This document shows positions 59,032 through 59,130 of a stretch of DNA of 59,130 bases, piece by piece. Source of the stretch: a virus; IMG/VR virus record IMGVR_UViG_3300024581_000422, positions 1 through 59,130 of that record, one strand, 5' to 3'. The notes under the pieces were generated by a model. The model was not told the origin of the DNA. It did no database searches and worked only from the letters and a program-made list of their open reading frames with translations. Each line of letters opens with the position of its first letter. Within the stretch, counting starts at the first letter, position 1. The position numbers were made by a program, and so were the translations under genes.

Positions 59032-59130
59032 TTAATTGATAATCAATAAGTTAAGTAAAATAAAGTCAGCATAAAGTCAACACTAACTCAACACTATTAT
59101 ATATAAAGTCTACACTATTGGTAAAAAAAA
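59032..59130. repeat. Terminal exact direct repeat, right copy (identical to 1..99)
   Basis: See 1..99. Confidence 0.95.

Noticed and set aside
1-59130. Prophage/lysogeny module, stop-codon recoding, introns or inteins
   Set aside because: No integrase, repressor/Cro-like pair or att-like repeats were recognised. All long genes, including the 3459-aa and 1761-aa ORFs, are intact in the standard code, so TAG/TGA reassignment is not needed. No interrupted conserved genes were seen.

Overview
This window is a complete, circularly closing genome of a lytic tailed dsDNA phage: 59,031 bp of unique sequence plus an exact 99-bp terminal overlap (1..99 = 59032..59130). It is AT-rich. I found no integrase, tRNA, rRNA or CRISPR array, and no DNA or RNA polymerase. 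Architecture: a divergent control region (about 634..1318) holds a GC-rich structured element and a GCTGT-rich repeat tract. From it a rightward early/replication arm runs on the + strand (1319..18434). This arm has about 45 mostly tiny ORFs, an amidoligase, an Ntn-amidotransferase/GGCT/zinc-ribbon fusion and two DnaA-domain-IV-like HTH proteins. It also carries an annealing protein, a RecB-like exonuclease, an SSB-like protein, an AEP primase/P-loop helicase, an SNF2 helicase, VRR-NUC, HNH and a PD-(D/E)xK nuclease. A leftward arm on the - strand wraps through the window ends (633..149, then 58860..18450). In transcription order it encodes GroEL, GroES, a swarm of tiny basic proteins, two fibre-like proteins, a lysis cassette, terminase, portal, scaffold and major capsid. 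It continues with tail proteins, a 1761-aa LamG protein and internal/ejection-type proteins, ending in a 3459-aa giant. The two arms converge on an 18-bp perfect palindrome (18433..18450). There is no sheath/tube/tape-measure pattern, so the virion is probably podovirus-like. TAnnTTTG-type -7 boxes and the absence of Shine-Dalgarno motifs point to a Bacteroidota (Flavobacteriia-like) host. The best second-look candidates are: (1) the amidoligase plus GATase-GGCT fusion; (2) four lysine-rich mini-proteins sharing an R[DN]L[SR]xPLxxSxF tag inside an operon of about 11 tiny basic proteins; (3) the 3459-aa polyvalent-type virion protein with an HEFGH zincin motif; (4) a phage GroEL/GroES pair; (5) a 16-bp palindrome present 6 times perfectly, plus repeated promoter-hairpin cassettes and gene-junction motifs; (6) a GC-rich element with mutually exclusive helices next to a GCTGT repeat tract. 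All protein calls come from motif reading by eye; no database search was run.
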